From positions 11,780 to 75,779 of the forward strand of contig JAZRHM010000013.1 of assembly GCA_045644765.1 (NCBI GenBank): a stretch of 64,000 nucleotides of DNA. The letters run 5' to 3'. Every line of letters starts with the position of its first letter. Positions within the stretch are counted from its first letter, which is position 1. The notes under the pieces were generated by a model. It did no database searches. It was not told where the DNA came from and saw only the letters and a program-made list of their open reading frames with translations. This DNA is from Alphaproteobacteria bacterium (GTDB taxonomy: Bacteria > Pseudomonadota > Alphaproteobacteria > RF32 > CAG-239). The translations under genes and the position numbers were made by a program. Below, one piece after another: positions 38,202 through 47,704 of the stretch.

Positions 38202-40631
38202 CTAATATTCACCACCAACTTGAAGAGCTTCTGCATTTGTATCTATAACCATTGCATTTTGCTCATCACTGTTTCCTATAACTCTTTGTTTAGTTGTATC
38301 AAAACTATAATCAGGTTTAATAGCCTCCACGATTACTGTTTCATCTCCTGGTTCTGATAATTTACCTGTTTTAGGATTTATACGTACTAATTTGATACCT
38401 TGCGGTATTCTAAAATCAGAATCAGGTACATCTTGTAAAGCTTCCTTCATAAATTCATAAAAAATAGGTAAAGCTGCCGATGCCCCTGTTTCAAACTTTC
38501 CCAAACTCACGGGTTCATCATATCCGACATAAACTCCCGCAACCAAATCCGGAGAAAAGCCAATAAACCAAGCATCTTTATTATCATTGGTTGTTCCTGT
38601 TTTTCCTGCCAAATGACGTTTTAAGCTTCTCAACCTTGCTCCCGTACCTCTTATTGCAACCCCCTCTAAAATAGAGGTCATTTGGTAAGCTGTTATAGAA
38701 TCAACTATTTGTTCTCTCTCATCCGGTTTAATCGGAGGATTCTGATTATCCCAATTTGTTACATTGCAATCTTCGCAATCAAAAGTATCATACTTATATA
38801 TAGTCTTTCCTGTTCTGTCTTGTATGCGTTCAATTAAATATGGACTTACTTTTTTACCTCCATTTGCGATTATGGCATAAGCACTTGTCATATCCAATAT
38901 TCTTGCATCAGCTGCCCCCAATGATGATGATAAAAATTCAGGTAATTTGTCGTTTATACCTACACGTCTAGTCATATCAGCTACTTTATCCATACCAATA
39001 TCCTGAGCTAACCTGACTGTCATCAAATTCTTTGACTGTTCAACTCCTTGTCGCAAGGTCATAAGTCCGTAAAATTTTTTCGAATAGTTTGCCGGTTTCC
39101 ATTTAGGTTGCCCAACTCCTTGATCTAAAACAAACGGAGCATCTAAAATTAAATCATTGGGAGAATATCCCATTTCCAATGCTGTCAGGTATACAAAAGG
39201 TTTAAAAGATGAACCTGTCTGTCTGTATGCTTGTGTTGCTCTGTTAAATTGAGATTTTTCAAAAGCAAATCCACCAACTAATGCTAAAACTTTTCCGGTA
39301 TGCGGATCTATAACTGCCATTCCACCTTCGACATCAGGAATCTGCCTTAAAGCATATGCATCATCTTTTTTAGACTTAGAAGTTATAAGCTTTTCAACAT
39401 ATATCACATCTCCAACATTTAAAACTTTAGAAACATCAGACGGGTCTGCCCCTACCGCATTGTTTTTTAAACGAGGTTTAGCCCATGTAATATCCTCTAA
39501 ATAAATATATCCCGTATTATCATTAACGGTTTCTATCTTGGCTTGTTTCTTAGAATTTTCTAACACCACAGCTTTTTCCCAAGATGTTTCAGCACCTTTT
39601 GGAAGCTCTGCTTTCTTCAGATTATCTTTATAATCATCATCTATCTTTATATTTTTCTTTGCTCCCGTATAACCATGCCTAATATCATATTCTATTAATC
39701 CTTTACGAAATGCTTTGGTTGCAACACTTTGAATTTTAGGATCAATCGTAGTTCTTACAATGAGACCTCCTTCATACAGAGCATCATCTCCTAAATTATA
39801 TGATATAGCCCTCCTTACCTCTTCACTGTAATATTCGGCATCTTTTAAAAATCCTGTTTTTCTTTCAGTCGTCACTAAGGGCTTTTGTTTTGCTATTTCA
39901 GCCTCTTCATTAGTTGCATATCCGTCTTCAACCATACGAGAAATAACCCAATTACGCCTTGCTATTGCTGCATCATATTTCTTTTTTGGGTGATAATTAT
40001 TCGGTCCTTTAGGCAGCGCCGCTAAATAGGCAATTTCTTCTAAAGACAATTCATCAAGAGACTTATTAAAATAATTTAGAGCTGCTGCAGCTACTCCATA
40101 TGATCTGTTGCCTAAATATATCTCATTAAGATACAACTCCAAAATATGATTTTTTGTAAATGCCTTGTTCATTCTATGAGCTAAAATTGCTTCTTTAACT
40201 TTGCGTATATAAGACACCTCAGAACTTAGTAAGAAATTTTTTGCTACTTGTTGTGTAATGGTTGAAGCTCCTGCAGGTCTCCTGCCTTTACCCAAATTTT
40301 TAAGATTATTTAATACAGCACGAACAATACCAATATAGTCAATTCCTCCATGCTCATAAAAATGTTTATCCTCAGCAGAAATAAATGCTTGTTTTATTTT
40401 TGCCGGAATTTTATCAATCGGAACAAAGAGACGTTTTTCTGCTGCATATTCCATAAGCAACTGTCCATCACCTGCAAACAGTCGTGTTGTCACGGCAGGT
40501 TCATATTTTGCCAACTGACGATAATCCGGAAGCTCTTTTGAAAGTTTACTAAAAAATACAATTAAAACCACCAAAACAATCGTGGCAAAAAACAATCCGG
40601 CACTTACTAATGCACTAAATATCCTTAACAT
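38202..40631 (-). CDS. mrcA: penicillin-binding protein 1A (bifunctional transglycosylase/transpeptidase)
   Basis: 809 aa. N-terminal TM anchor. GT51 motifs (EDKHFYEHGGID, RKVKEAILA). Transpeptidase SxxK (TGSSFKPF), SxN and KTG (AGKTGTT). Confidence 0.9.
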   Translation of the reverse strand: MLRIFSALVSAGLFFATIVLVVLIVFFSKLSKELPDYRQLAKYEPAVTTRLFAGDGQLLMEYAAEKRLFVPIDKIPAKIKQAFISAEDKHFYEHGGIDYIGIVRAVLNNLKNLGKGRRPAGASTITQQVAKNFLLSSEVSYIRKVKEAILAHRMNKAFTKNHILELYLNEIYLGNRSYGVAAAALNYFNKSLDELSLEEIAYLAALPKGPNNYHPKKKYDAAIARRNWVISRMVEDGYATNEEAEIAKQKPLVTTERKTGFLKDAEYYSEEVRRAISYNLGDDALYEGGLIVRTTIDPKIQSVATKAFRKGLIEYDIRHGYTGAKKNIKIDDDYKDNLKKAELPKGAETSWEKAVVLENSKKQAKIETVNDNTGYIYLEDITWAKPRLKNNAVGADPSDVSKVLNVGDVIYVEKLITSKSKKDDAYALRQIPDVEGGMAVIDPHTGKVLALVGGFAFEKSQFNRATQAYRQTGSSFKPFVYLTALEMGYSPNDLILDAPFVLDQGVGQPKWKPANYSKKFYGLMTLRQGVEQSKNLMTVRLAQDIGMDKVADMTRRVGINDKLPEFLSSSLGAADARILDMTSAYAIIANGGKKVSPYLIERIQDRTGKTIYKYDTFDCEDCNVTNWDNQNPPIKPDEREQIVDSITAYQMTSILEGVAIRGTGARLRSLKRHLAGKTGTTNDNKDAWFIGFSPDLVAGVYVGYDEPVSLGKFETGASAALPIFYEFMKEALQDVPDSDFRIPQGIKLVRINPKTGKLSEPGDETVIVEAIKPDYSFDTTKQRVIGNSDEQNAMVIDTNAEALQVGGEY

Positions 40632-40726
40632 ATCAGGTTGGCCTTATTTCACTTAAGTTAAACGTATATGCACTCTATAACATCTTAATTAAAATGCAAA
40701 TTAAAATTTTAAACGATGTGCATCAT

Positions 40727-42022
40727 TTAATAAATTGAGGCAATTTCAGGATCATTAAAATAACGAGAAATAGCTTGTGTAACTGAAGCAGCAAGCTTTT
40801 TACGATATGAACTTTGCTTTAATAAGCTTTCTTCCGACTTATTTGATAAATATCCCATTTCTAACAAAGCAGACGGAATATCGGGTGCTTTAAGCACTGC
40901 AAATCCGGCAAAACGATGGCTATCATTAAGCAATTTTACTGTTTTTTTCATTTCACCGACAATATATGTAGCAAACTTAGACGATTTATTACGACTGTCC
41001 GTTTGTGATAAAGATATTAAAATATCGTTTATTTCCTTTGAATTTTCGGAAAAATCAACACCACCTATAATATCTACTTTATTTTCTCGTTCAGCCAAAG
41101 CCGCAGCTTCTTTGTCGGAAGCCTTTTCTGATAATGTGTATACAGATAACCCTTTTGCTTTACGATTTAATGCACTGTCGGCATGAATAGACATAAACAA
41201 ATCAGCTTTATGCTTCTGCGCAATTCTCACACGTTGTCTGAGGGGAATAAAAACATCTGTACTTCTGGTCAGATATACCGTATATCCTTTTTTCTCAAGC
41301 ATAGCCTTGAGTTCTTTACCCATTGCAAGAGTAATGTTTTTTTCATAAGTTTTACCATATACTCCTATTGCTCCGGGATCTTTACCACCGTGTCCGGGAT
41401 CTAAAACTATCACTTTCTTTTTGGGTTTTGTTTTTTTATTTTCATCATTATCAAATATCCAATTTGATGATGCAACTTTTGTTTGGCTTTCAGACAAACT
41501 TGAAAAAGCATGTTTTGCGCCAACTTTTGCTTTATAATCTCGTTCGGAACAAATTGAGACATCAACGACAAAACGCCATTTCATATTACTTTGGGGAGCA
41601 AGTATAAATGCTTTTTTAATAATAGCCGGTTTTTTTAAATCAAATACAACTCGTTTATCATTAGCATCAAGTTTACCGACTCTGGTATTAACAACTAAAT
41701 TATTAGCATCGCTTTGCAACGTTTTCTTTATATCCATATCATATATATCAACAACAAGTCTTTTGGGATCATTTAATAAAAAAGCTTTGTAATCAAATTT
41801 TTTATCAGCCTCAAAGACTATACGGACACTACCTACTTGCTGACCGATTCTCATGTTGGTAATATTACCTGCGTAAACAGACGCTATATAGCCAAACATA
41901 CAAAAACACACGACAGCCGCATACTGAAGTACGTTTTTAAAAATTCTTATGACCTTACGGTCTATGTATCTAAATAACATCGTAAACATTGTGTTTTCTA
42001 TTAACATAAAATAAGTTACCAA
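40727..42022 (-). CDS. amiC: N-acetylmuramoyl-L-alanine amidase (AmiC-like, with N-terminal AMIN domain)
   Basis: 431 aa. AMIN-type N-terminal region (SVRIVFEADKKFDYKAFLLNDPKRLVVDI). Amidase_3 catalytic domain (VIVLDPGHGGKDPGAIG…SIHADS). Confidence 0.85.
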   Translation of the reverse strand: MVTYFMLIENTMFTMLFRYIDRKVIRIFKNVLQYAAVVCFCMFGYIASVYAGNITNMRIGQQVGSVRIVFEADKKFDYKAFLLNDPKRLVVDIYDMDIKKTLQSDANNLVVNTRVGKLDANDKRVVFDLKKPAIIKKAFILAPQSNMKWRFVVDVSICSERDYKAKVGAKHAFSSLSESQTKVASSNWIFDNDENKKTKPKKKVIVLDPGHGGKDPGAIGVYGKTYEKNITLAMGKELKAMLEKKGYTVYLTRSTDVFIPLRQRVRIAQKHKADLFMSIHADSALNRKAKGLSVYTLSEKASDKEAAALAERENKVDIIGGVDFSENSKEINDILISLSQTDSRNKSSKFATYIVGEMKKTVKLLNDSHRFAGFAVLKAPDIPSALLEMGYLSNKSEESLLKQSSYRKKLAASVTQAISRYFNDPEIASIY

Positions 42023-42408
42023 TCAGTTAAATTTTTTTGATATACTGTATTTTATTGTTGTAATTTAAAATAATCTTTGTATTGTAGATATTGGTCAGAT
42101 GTTTTGTGCTGATTTTAAAGAAACTAAAATAACAAACAACAACAATGTTTCTACCCTAACATACAAACAAAACCTGACAAAGAGAGAATATACGAGATTC
42201 AAAGTCGCTTAAGGAAAGACTAATTAAGAAACAACAACAACTTTCCCTATCCGGCAGGTGATATAAAATGCAAAATTCCGGCAATATAAATTATTGCTGA
42301 TGTTTGAAATTGTAATTTAGTTAATCTTTTGTTTTTATTTCACACCTATCTCGTAAAGGGCATAATTTTCCGTTTTGAATTAACGGATTGTTGGATTGGA
42401 ATAAAAAA
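42023..42408 (+). promoter_or_regulatory. long rne 5' leader / upstream region (candidate autoregulatory UTR)
   Basis: ~385 nt of non-coding sequence ahead of rne. It contains two ACAACAACAA tracts (42131-42145 and 42230-42241). A long structured rne leader is characteristic of RNase E autoregulation. Confidence 0.35.
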
Positions 42409-43191
42409 ATGACAAAAAGAATGTTAATTGATGACACTCAACCTGAAGAAACAAGAGTTGTTATCGTAGATGGTAATAAAGTAGAAGATGTAGAATTCGA
42501 ATCTAGTTGTCGTAAACAAATCAAAGGAAATATATATACTGCAAAAGTTATCAGGGTTGAACCTTCTTTGCAGGCAGCTTTTATTGATTATGGCGGAAAT
42601 AAACACGGTTTTTTGGCTTTTGGGGAAATACACCCGGATTATTATAATATAAGCCAAGAAATGATAGATGCCGTTGAAAAAGAAGTTGATGAAATCATTG
42701 AAAAGAAGAAACAGTATATCAAAGAGCGCGAAGAACAACGCGAAAGAATCCGTGCTGAAAAAAAAGCTTTATATGAAGCCAAACTCCGTGAAGAACAGGA
42801 ACGATTGGCAAATGAAGAAAAACAATCCATGGAAGAAATAGTTTCAGAAACTGAAAATATTGAAAACCAAATTTCAAATAATGAAACAGACAGCAATATT
42901 CAAGAACATTCAGCAGAAAACTCAAAAGAGCAAGAAAACAACGAAGTAGACAACAATTCTAACAAAGAAATTGAAGAAAAAGAAGAAGTTACAGCTGAAG
43001 GAAAAGAAGAAGTTATAGCTGAAGAGAAAACCGCTATTAAACCAAAGAGAAAATACACTCGTCGCAAAAAAGCTACAACAAACGAAGATGAAACAGCATC
43101 TTCCAACCAAACAGAAACAAACAATGACGATAAAAAAGAAGAATTACAAATTTTAGCAAATGAGATTGAAGAAAAAGAACCTATTGTTTGA
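42409..43191 (+). CDS. rne: ribonuclease E, N-terminal segment (S1 domain plus start of Lys/Glu-rich insert), terminated by an in-frame TGA
   Basis: MTKRMLIDDTQPEETRVVIVDGNKVEDVEFE…GNIYTAKVIRVEPSLQAAFIDYGGNKHGFLAFGEIHPDYY is the RNase E/G N-terminus and S1 domain. The TTG at 42388 is the track start. The ATG at 42409 matches the family N-terminus. The ORF ends at TGA 43189-43191 inside a low-complexity EK-rich insert. Confidence 0.8.
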   Translation: MTKRMLIDDTQPEETRVVIVDGNKVEDVEFESSCRKQIKGNIYTAKVIRVEPSLQAAFIDYGGNKHGFLAFGEIHPDYYNISQEMIDAVEKEVDEIIEKKKQYIKEREEQRERIRAEKKALYEAKLREEQERLANEEKQSMEEIVSETENIENQISNNETDSNIQEHSAENSKEQENNEVDNNSNKEIEEKEEVTAEGKEEVIAEEKTAIKPKRKYTRRKKATTNEDETASSNQTETNNDDKKEELQILANEIEEKEPIV

Positions 43192-43371
43192 GAAGAAATA
43201 GAAAAAGAAGAAAATTATAAATCGCAAGATGATAATAACGATGATGATATTTTAGAAGCTGATGATGACGATGACGATAATGATTTTGAATTACAGCGTA
43301 AATTAATTAAAGCTCGTAAGTTATATCATTATTCTACAATTCAAGATGTAATAAAAGAAGGCCAAACTCTT

Positions 43372-44886
43372 TTGGTACAAATTGTCAAAGAAGAAAGAGG
43401 CAATAAAGGTGCTGCGTGCACAACATATTTATCACTAGCCGGACGCTATTGTGTTTTAATGCCTAATCGTATCAAAAGTGGTGGTGTATCACGTAAGATA
43501 ACAAATGCCGCTGACAGAAAACGTCTAAAAGAAATCATGAATGAATTACCGCTTAGTTCGGATATGTCAATGATTATACGTACAGCCGGCGAAGAAAAAG
43601 AAAAATCAGACATTGTTCGTGACTACAACTATCTAATAAGAACATGGAATCAAATAAGAATAGGTGCTCTTAAAAATAAAGTTCCTTCCATGATTTATGA
43701 AGAAGGGAATCTTATAAAAAGAGCTTTACGAGATATGTTTACAAAAGATATAAGCGAAGTTATAGTTGATGGAAATGAGGCTTTCAAAACCGCACGTGAT
43801 TTTGTAAAAATATTATCTCCGAATAGTTTGAAAAAAATTAAAACTCGAAAAAATAATGAAATGCCTGTTTTCCAAAGATTTCAGGTAGAATCACAGTTAG
43901 ATAAGCTTCACAATCCGACTGTTCAATTAGAATCTGGTGGCTATTTAGTTATAAATCCGACAGAAGCACTTGTTTCAATTGATGTTAACTCAGGACGTGC
44001 CACAAAAGAAAAAGATATCGAAGAAACAGCATTAAAAACAAATTTAGAAGCAGCAGATGAAATTGCTCGTCAACTCAAAATGCGAGATTTAGCAGGATTG
44101 ATTGTTATTGACTTTATTGATATGGATGAAGCAAAGAACAATCAAATGGTTGAAAAACGCATGAAAGAAGCCCTCAAAAATGATAGAGCACGCATTCAGA
44201 TTGCAAAAATGAGTTGTTTTGGTCTTTTGGAAATTTCTCGTCAGCGTATGCATTCATCATTTATGGAGAGCAATTATCAACCATGCCCTTATTGCAAAGG
44301 ACAAGGGGTGATTCGCACTACAGAATCGGGAGCAATGCTTATTTTACGAGCAATTGAAGAAGAAGGAACAAAAAATCGTTCATCAAAAATTACGGTTTTC
44401 GTACCAACAGATACTGCTATTTACTTACTGAATTACAAACGTCAGAATTTGACTGATTTGGAAAATAAATATAAGATGTCTATTATAATCTCGGCCGATA
44501 ATGAAATAAAAATGGTTTCAGATTATCGTATAGAACGTGTCAAAACCGTAAAAGTTGAAGAAACATCAGTTGAAGAAGCTGTCGCCACCACATATTCAAA
44601 TCATGATCATGAAGAAGATTTACCTAATGAAGACATTGATGAATATGATACTGATTTTCAAGAAGAAAATGAATATGGCAATCGCAGATTCAAAGGACGT
44701 CGTTCACATTATGACAGAAGACGTCGTGGTAATCGCCGTGATCATAATCGCAATACTTCAAAAGAAAAAGAATCTCCGGTTATCTTGTATAACAGTCATG
44801 AAGATGTAAATATTACAAATAATGATACCGATAAAGATGGTAAAAAAGAAGGTAAAACTGCATGGTGGAGAAGACTTATCGGATAA
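43372..44886 (+). CDS. rne: ribonuclease E, remainder of catalytic domain and C-terminal region (same frame as the upstream segment)
   Basis: It is in frame with 42388-43191, and no stop lies between 43192 and 43371. It contains the 5' sensor / RNase H-like / DNase I-like core (…LVSIDVNSGRATKEKDIEETALKTNLEAADEIARQLKMRDLAGLIVIDFIDM…), the Zn-link CPYCKGQG and an Arg-rich tail. The only in-frame start codon after the TGA is the TTG at 43372. Confidence 0.85.
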   Translation: MVQIVKEERGNKGAACTTYLSLAGRYCVLMPNRIKSGGVSRKITNAADRKRLKEIMNELPLSSDMSMIIRTAGEEKEKSDIVRDYNYLIRTWNQIRIGALKNKVPSMIYEEGNLIKRALRDMFTKDISEVIVDGNEAFKTARDFVKILSPNSLKKIKTRKNNEMPVFQRFQVESQLDKLHNPTVQLESGGYLVINPTEALVSIDVNSGRATKEKDIEETALKTNLEAADEIARQLKMRDLAGLIVIDFIDMDEAKNNQMVEKRMKEALKNDRARIQIAKMSCFGLLEISRQRMHSSFMESNYQPCPYCKGQGVIRTTESGAMLILRAIEEEGTKNRSSKITVFVPTDTAIYLLNYKRQNLTDLENKYKMSIIISADNEIKMVSDYRIERVKTVKVEETSVEEAVATTYSNHDHEEDLPNEDIDEYDTDFQEENEYGNRRFKGRRSHYDRRRRGNRRDHNRNTSKEKESPVILYNSHEDVNITNNDTDKDGKKEGKTAWWRRLIG

Positions 44887-46220
44887 GAATAAGCTTATTA
44901 TCTAAACTGCTTGCCGTTGTTTTAACGGCAGCAGTTTGGATAAATGATTGTATAGCACAGACCTTACCATCTCTTATATCTGATGATGAAACACAAACCT
45001 TTTTAGCTAAACTTATTCATCCTATTTTTAATGCCGCCGGCATTAATTTTGATAAAAATAAAATATATATCATAAACGATAATTCTTTAAATGCTTTTGT
45101 CAGTGACGGCAATTATATGTTTGTACATACCGGAACTTTAATTAATGCTGATACCGTAAATCAGTTAAATGGCATTTTAGCACACGAAACCGGACATATT
45201 GCCGGAGGTCACATAGCAAGACAAAAACTACGTATTGAACAATTACAAGGTCTTTCAGTAGCATCACTTGTAGTTGCCGGAGCCGCAGCCATGGCGACAG
45301 GACGTGGAGATGCAGCACTTGCAGTTATGCTTGGTTCACAGAGTTCACTCATAAATGCTATGACAGCCTATCAGATGCAAGAAGAACGAAGCGCAGATGA
45401 AAGTGCCGTGAAATATTTAGCAGCAATTAAGCAATCGCCTGTGGGCTTAAAAAACTTTATGAAAAAGATACAATTTGTTAATCGTCTTGAAGGACATAAA
45501 GAAAATTCATATTTCCGAACCCACCCTTTAAGCATCGAGAGGGAAGAGTTTTTTAAGCATGCTTTACAAAAAAATATTTATTCTGAAAAATCGCCATATG
45601 ATGAAGTTTTTCAGCTGATTAAAGCAAAATTATCTGCATTTTTATTACCTGTAGAACGAGCTCAAAAATTGTATCCTGAAAGCGACAAATCATTAGCAGG
45701 CAGATATGCAAATGCTATTATTGAATATAAAAAGAATAACTTTGTTAAAAGTATAAAAATATTAGATGAGCTTATAAAAGCATATCCTACAAATCCTTAT
45801 TATCACGAACTTAAAGGGCAATTTTTATTTGAAAGTCATCAAATAAATGCAGCTTTAAAATCTTATGAAAACGCTTTAAAACTTAAACCTGATTCTAATG
45901 ACATTATGCTAAGTTGGGCACATACAGCTCTTGAAGCCCCTCATGATAAAGATCAATTAAAAAATATAATAGCCACATTAAACAAAATACAATTAACTGC
46001 ACCATCAAAAACTGCATGGATACTACTTGCGAGAGCATATGCAGAAAATGACCAAAAAGCTCAAAGCTTATATGCCTCTGCGCAATATAGTGTTGCTATG
46101 AAGAATTATAAAACTGCAAAAAAACAAATTGAAGAAGCATACAAAACCGCCCCTGAACAACTAAAACTCAGGCTTAATGATTTAAAAAATATTATATCCC
46201 AACAAGAGTTAGAGGAGTAG
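44862..46220 (+). CDS. M48-family periplasmic metalloprotease with TPR repeats (BepA/YfgC-like)
   Basis: Signal peptide. HExxH as HETGHIAGGH, plus the M48 second motif THPLSIEREEF. A C-terminal TPR-like helical region is present. The first 25 nt overlap the rne 3' end. Confidence 0.8.
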   Translation: MVEKTYRIRISLLSKLLAVVLTAAVWINDCIAQTLPSLISDDETQTFLAKLIHPIFNAAGINFDKNKIYIINDNSLNAFVSDGNYMFVHTGTLINADTVNQLNGILAHETGHIAGGHIARQKLRIEQLQGLSVASLVVAGAAAMATGRGDAALAVMLGSQSSLINAMTAYQMQEERSADESAVKYLAAIKQSPVGLKNFMKKIQFVNRLEGHKENSYFRTHPLSIEREEFFKHALQKNIYSEKSPYDEVFQLIKAKLSAFLLPVERAQKLYPESDKSLAGRYANAIIEYKKNNFVKSIKILDELIKAYPTNPYYHELKGQFLFESHQINAALKSYENALKLKPDSNDIMLSWAHTALEAPHDKDQLKNIIATLNKIQLTAPSKTAWILLARAYAENDQKAQSLYASAQYSVAMKNYKTAKKQIEEAYKTAPEQLKLRLNDLKNIISQQELEE

Positions 46221-46226
46221 ATCTTA

Positions 46227-46685
46227 ATGGAACTTAATGATTTTAATCAATGTTTAAAACCATATCAAGCAATTATGGGTGTTGATTTCGGCACAAAAAG
46301 ATTAGGTATTGCTGTTTCTGATTTATTAAGAACCATTGCATCTTCATATAAAATTATAGAACGAAAAAATTGGGAAAACGATATTTTACAAATTAAAAAT
46401 ATTATAAAAGAAAAGCAAATCGGAGCAATTATATATGGTCTTCCGTTACAAATGAACGGGCAGGAAGGTGAAATTGCATCTAAAGTCCGCGAGTTTGCCG
46501 ATAAAGTTCATAAAGAAACTAGTTTACCATATATGTTTTGGGACGAACGTTTGTCATCAAGCGCCGTAGAAAATTTCTTAATAAAAGAAGTTGATTTGTC
46601 TCGTTCAAAAAGAAAAAAAGTTTTAGATGCATCTGCTGCCGCATATATCTTACAGGGAGCTCTTGACAGATTACAATACCTTTAA
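46227..46685 (+). CDS. ruvX: Holliday junction resolvase-like / pre-16S rRNA nuclease
   Basis: 152-aa YqgF/RuvX fold: IMGVDFGTKRLGIAVSD near the N-terminus and an RNase H-like topology. Confidence 0.85.
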   Translation: MELNDFNQCLKPYQAIMGVDFGTKRLGIAVSDLLRTIASSYKIIERKNWENDILQIKNIIKEKQIGAIIYGLPLQMNGQEGEIASKVREFADKVHKETSLPYMFWDERLSSSAVENFLIKEVDLSRSKRKKVLDASAAAYILQGALDRLQYL

Positions 46686-46748
46686 TAATGCTGAAAAACT
46701 TTTAATCATTAATAAGTTCAACAATTAGTTTTCAAATAAATGATTATT

Positions 46749-47225
46749 TTATCCCAAAAGTCTCGCTTTTTCTCGTTTCCAATCGCGTTCTTTAATGGTC
46801 TCACGTTTGTCATATATTTTTTTACCACGCCCTAATCCAACTTCAAGTTTAGCTCGTCCTTTATCATTAAAAAACAATTTCATAGCAACCAATGTCGCCC
46901 CTTTTCTGCTGAGCTCATTGATAATTTTTATTATTTCACGTTTTTTAAGTAAAAGCTTTCTCATACGTTTTTCAGCATGTGTTTCATATCCTTTGTTTAC
47001 ATACTCAGCTATAAACATATTAGAAATATAGATTTCACCATTTTTTTCGACACCAAATGCATCATTGATATTAGCGTGTCCTAACCGTAAAGACTTAACT
47101 TCAGTTCCGGTCAATTCTAGTCCTGCAATAAAAACTTCTTCTATAAAATAATCAAAGTTAGCACGGCGATTATGCGCTACCTGCCCCTTTGTTATAAAAT
47201 CAGATTTTGTAGTTTTTTTTACCAT
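46749..47225 (-). CDS. smpB: SsrA-binding protein
   Basis: 158 aa. Conserved SmpB core (…NRRANFDYFIEEVFIAGLELTGTEVKSLR…) and a basic C-terminal tail. Confidence 0.9.
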   Translation of the reverse strand: MVKKTTKSDFITKGQVAHNRRANFDYFIEEVFIAGLELTGTEVKSLRLGHANINDAFGVEKNGEIYISNMFIAEYVNKGYETHAEKRMRKLLLKKREIIKIINELSRKGATLVAMKLFFNDKGRAKLEVGLGRGKKIYDKRETIKERDWKREKARLLG

Positions 47226-47266
47226 TATTATTTATCGCCTGACGCAATCTTTAACGAAGCTTCATT

Positions 47267-47692
47267 CTAGCTAACTTTTGCAACAACTTCTACTTTTCTA
47301 GGCTCGGTTTTAGTTTCAGCTCGTTGAACTCTTATACATCTTCCTTCAATATATGCCCCTGGTTCAATAGCAATTGTTTGATGCAAAGCATCTCCTGTCA
47401 AATGAGCTCCTCCGGCAATAAAAATGCTTTCAGCTTCTGCTGTTCCTTGTAATGTTCCGTATAAGCTCAAACTTTTGGTTTTAACTTGGCCTACAACCTG
47501 TCCTTTAACGCCAATAATAAGCTCATCACAAACAACATTACCTTCTAAGCGTCCATCAATATGGATAATATCACCACCCAAGATATTGCCCTTTATCTTT
47601 GTTCCAAAACTGATAATACTGGGAACCGGGGTATTAGAACCCCTACCCATACGAGCTATTTTCAAATATAACATTCTACGAAATTTTTTCAT
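47267..47692 (-). CDS. bactofilin-family cytoskeletal protein
   Basis: 141 aa. Right-handed beta-helix repeats typical of DUF583 (IKGNILGGDIIHIDGRLEGNVVCDELIIGVKGQVVGQV…LSLYGTLQGTAEAESIFIAGGAHLTGDA). Confidence 0.75.
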   Translation of the reverse strand: MKKFRRMLYLKIARMGRGSNTPVPSIISFGTKIKGNILGGDIIHIDGRLEGNVVCDELIIGVKGQVVGQVKTKSLSLYGTLQGTAEAESIFIAGGAHLTGDALHQTIAIEPGAYIEGRCIRVQRAETKTEPRKVEVVAKVS

Positions 47693-47704
47693 TGCAATAA
47701 TTCC

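Noticed and set aside
40632-40726. Imperfect palindrome AAACGATGTGCATCATTT upstream of mrcA as an operator.
   Set aside because: The arms do not form a true dyad (GATGTGCATC versus its reverse complement GATGCACATC). It is probably chance in AT-rich spacer sequence.
43189-43191. Possibility that the organism uses genetic code 4 (UGA read as Trp), which would make the rne TGA a sense codon.
   Set aside because: Long conserved ORFs such as PFOR at 1185 aa and ppdK at 882 aa are intact under the standard code, with Trp as TGG. The MsbA-like gene terminates in TGA (49426-49428) exactly at the conserved C-terminus. prfB is present with its UGA-dependent frameshift site, whereas code-4 lineages typically lose RF2.
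44862-46220. Second M48 peptidase as part of the same system as the giant M48/ABC1 ORF.
   Set aside because: It has a signal peptide, TPR tail and canonical BepA/YfgC architecture. It sits in a housekeeping context of rne-ruvX. It is 21 kb from the giant ORF and on an unrelated transcript.
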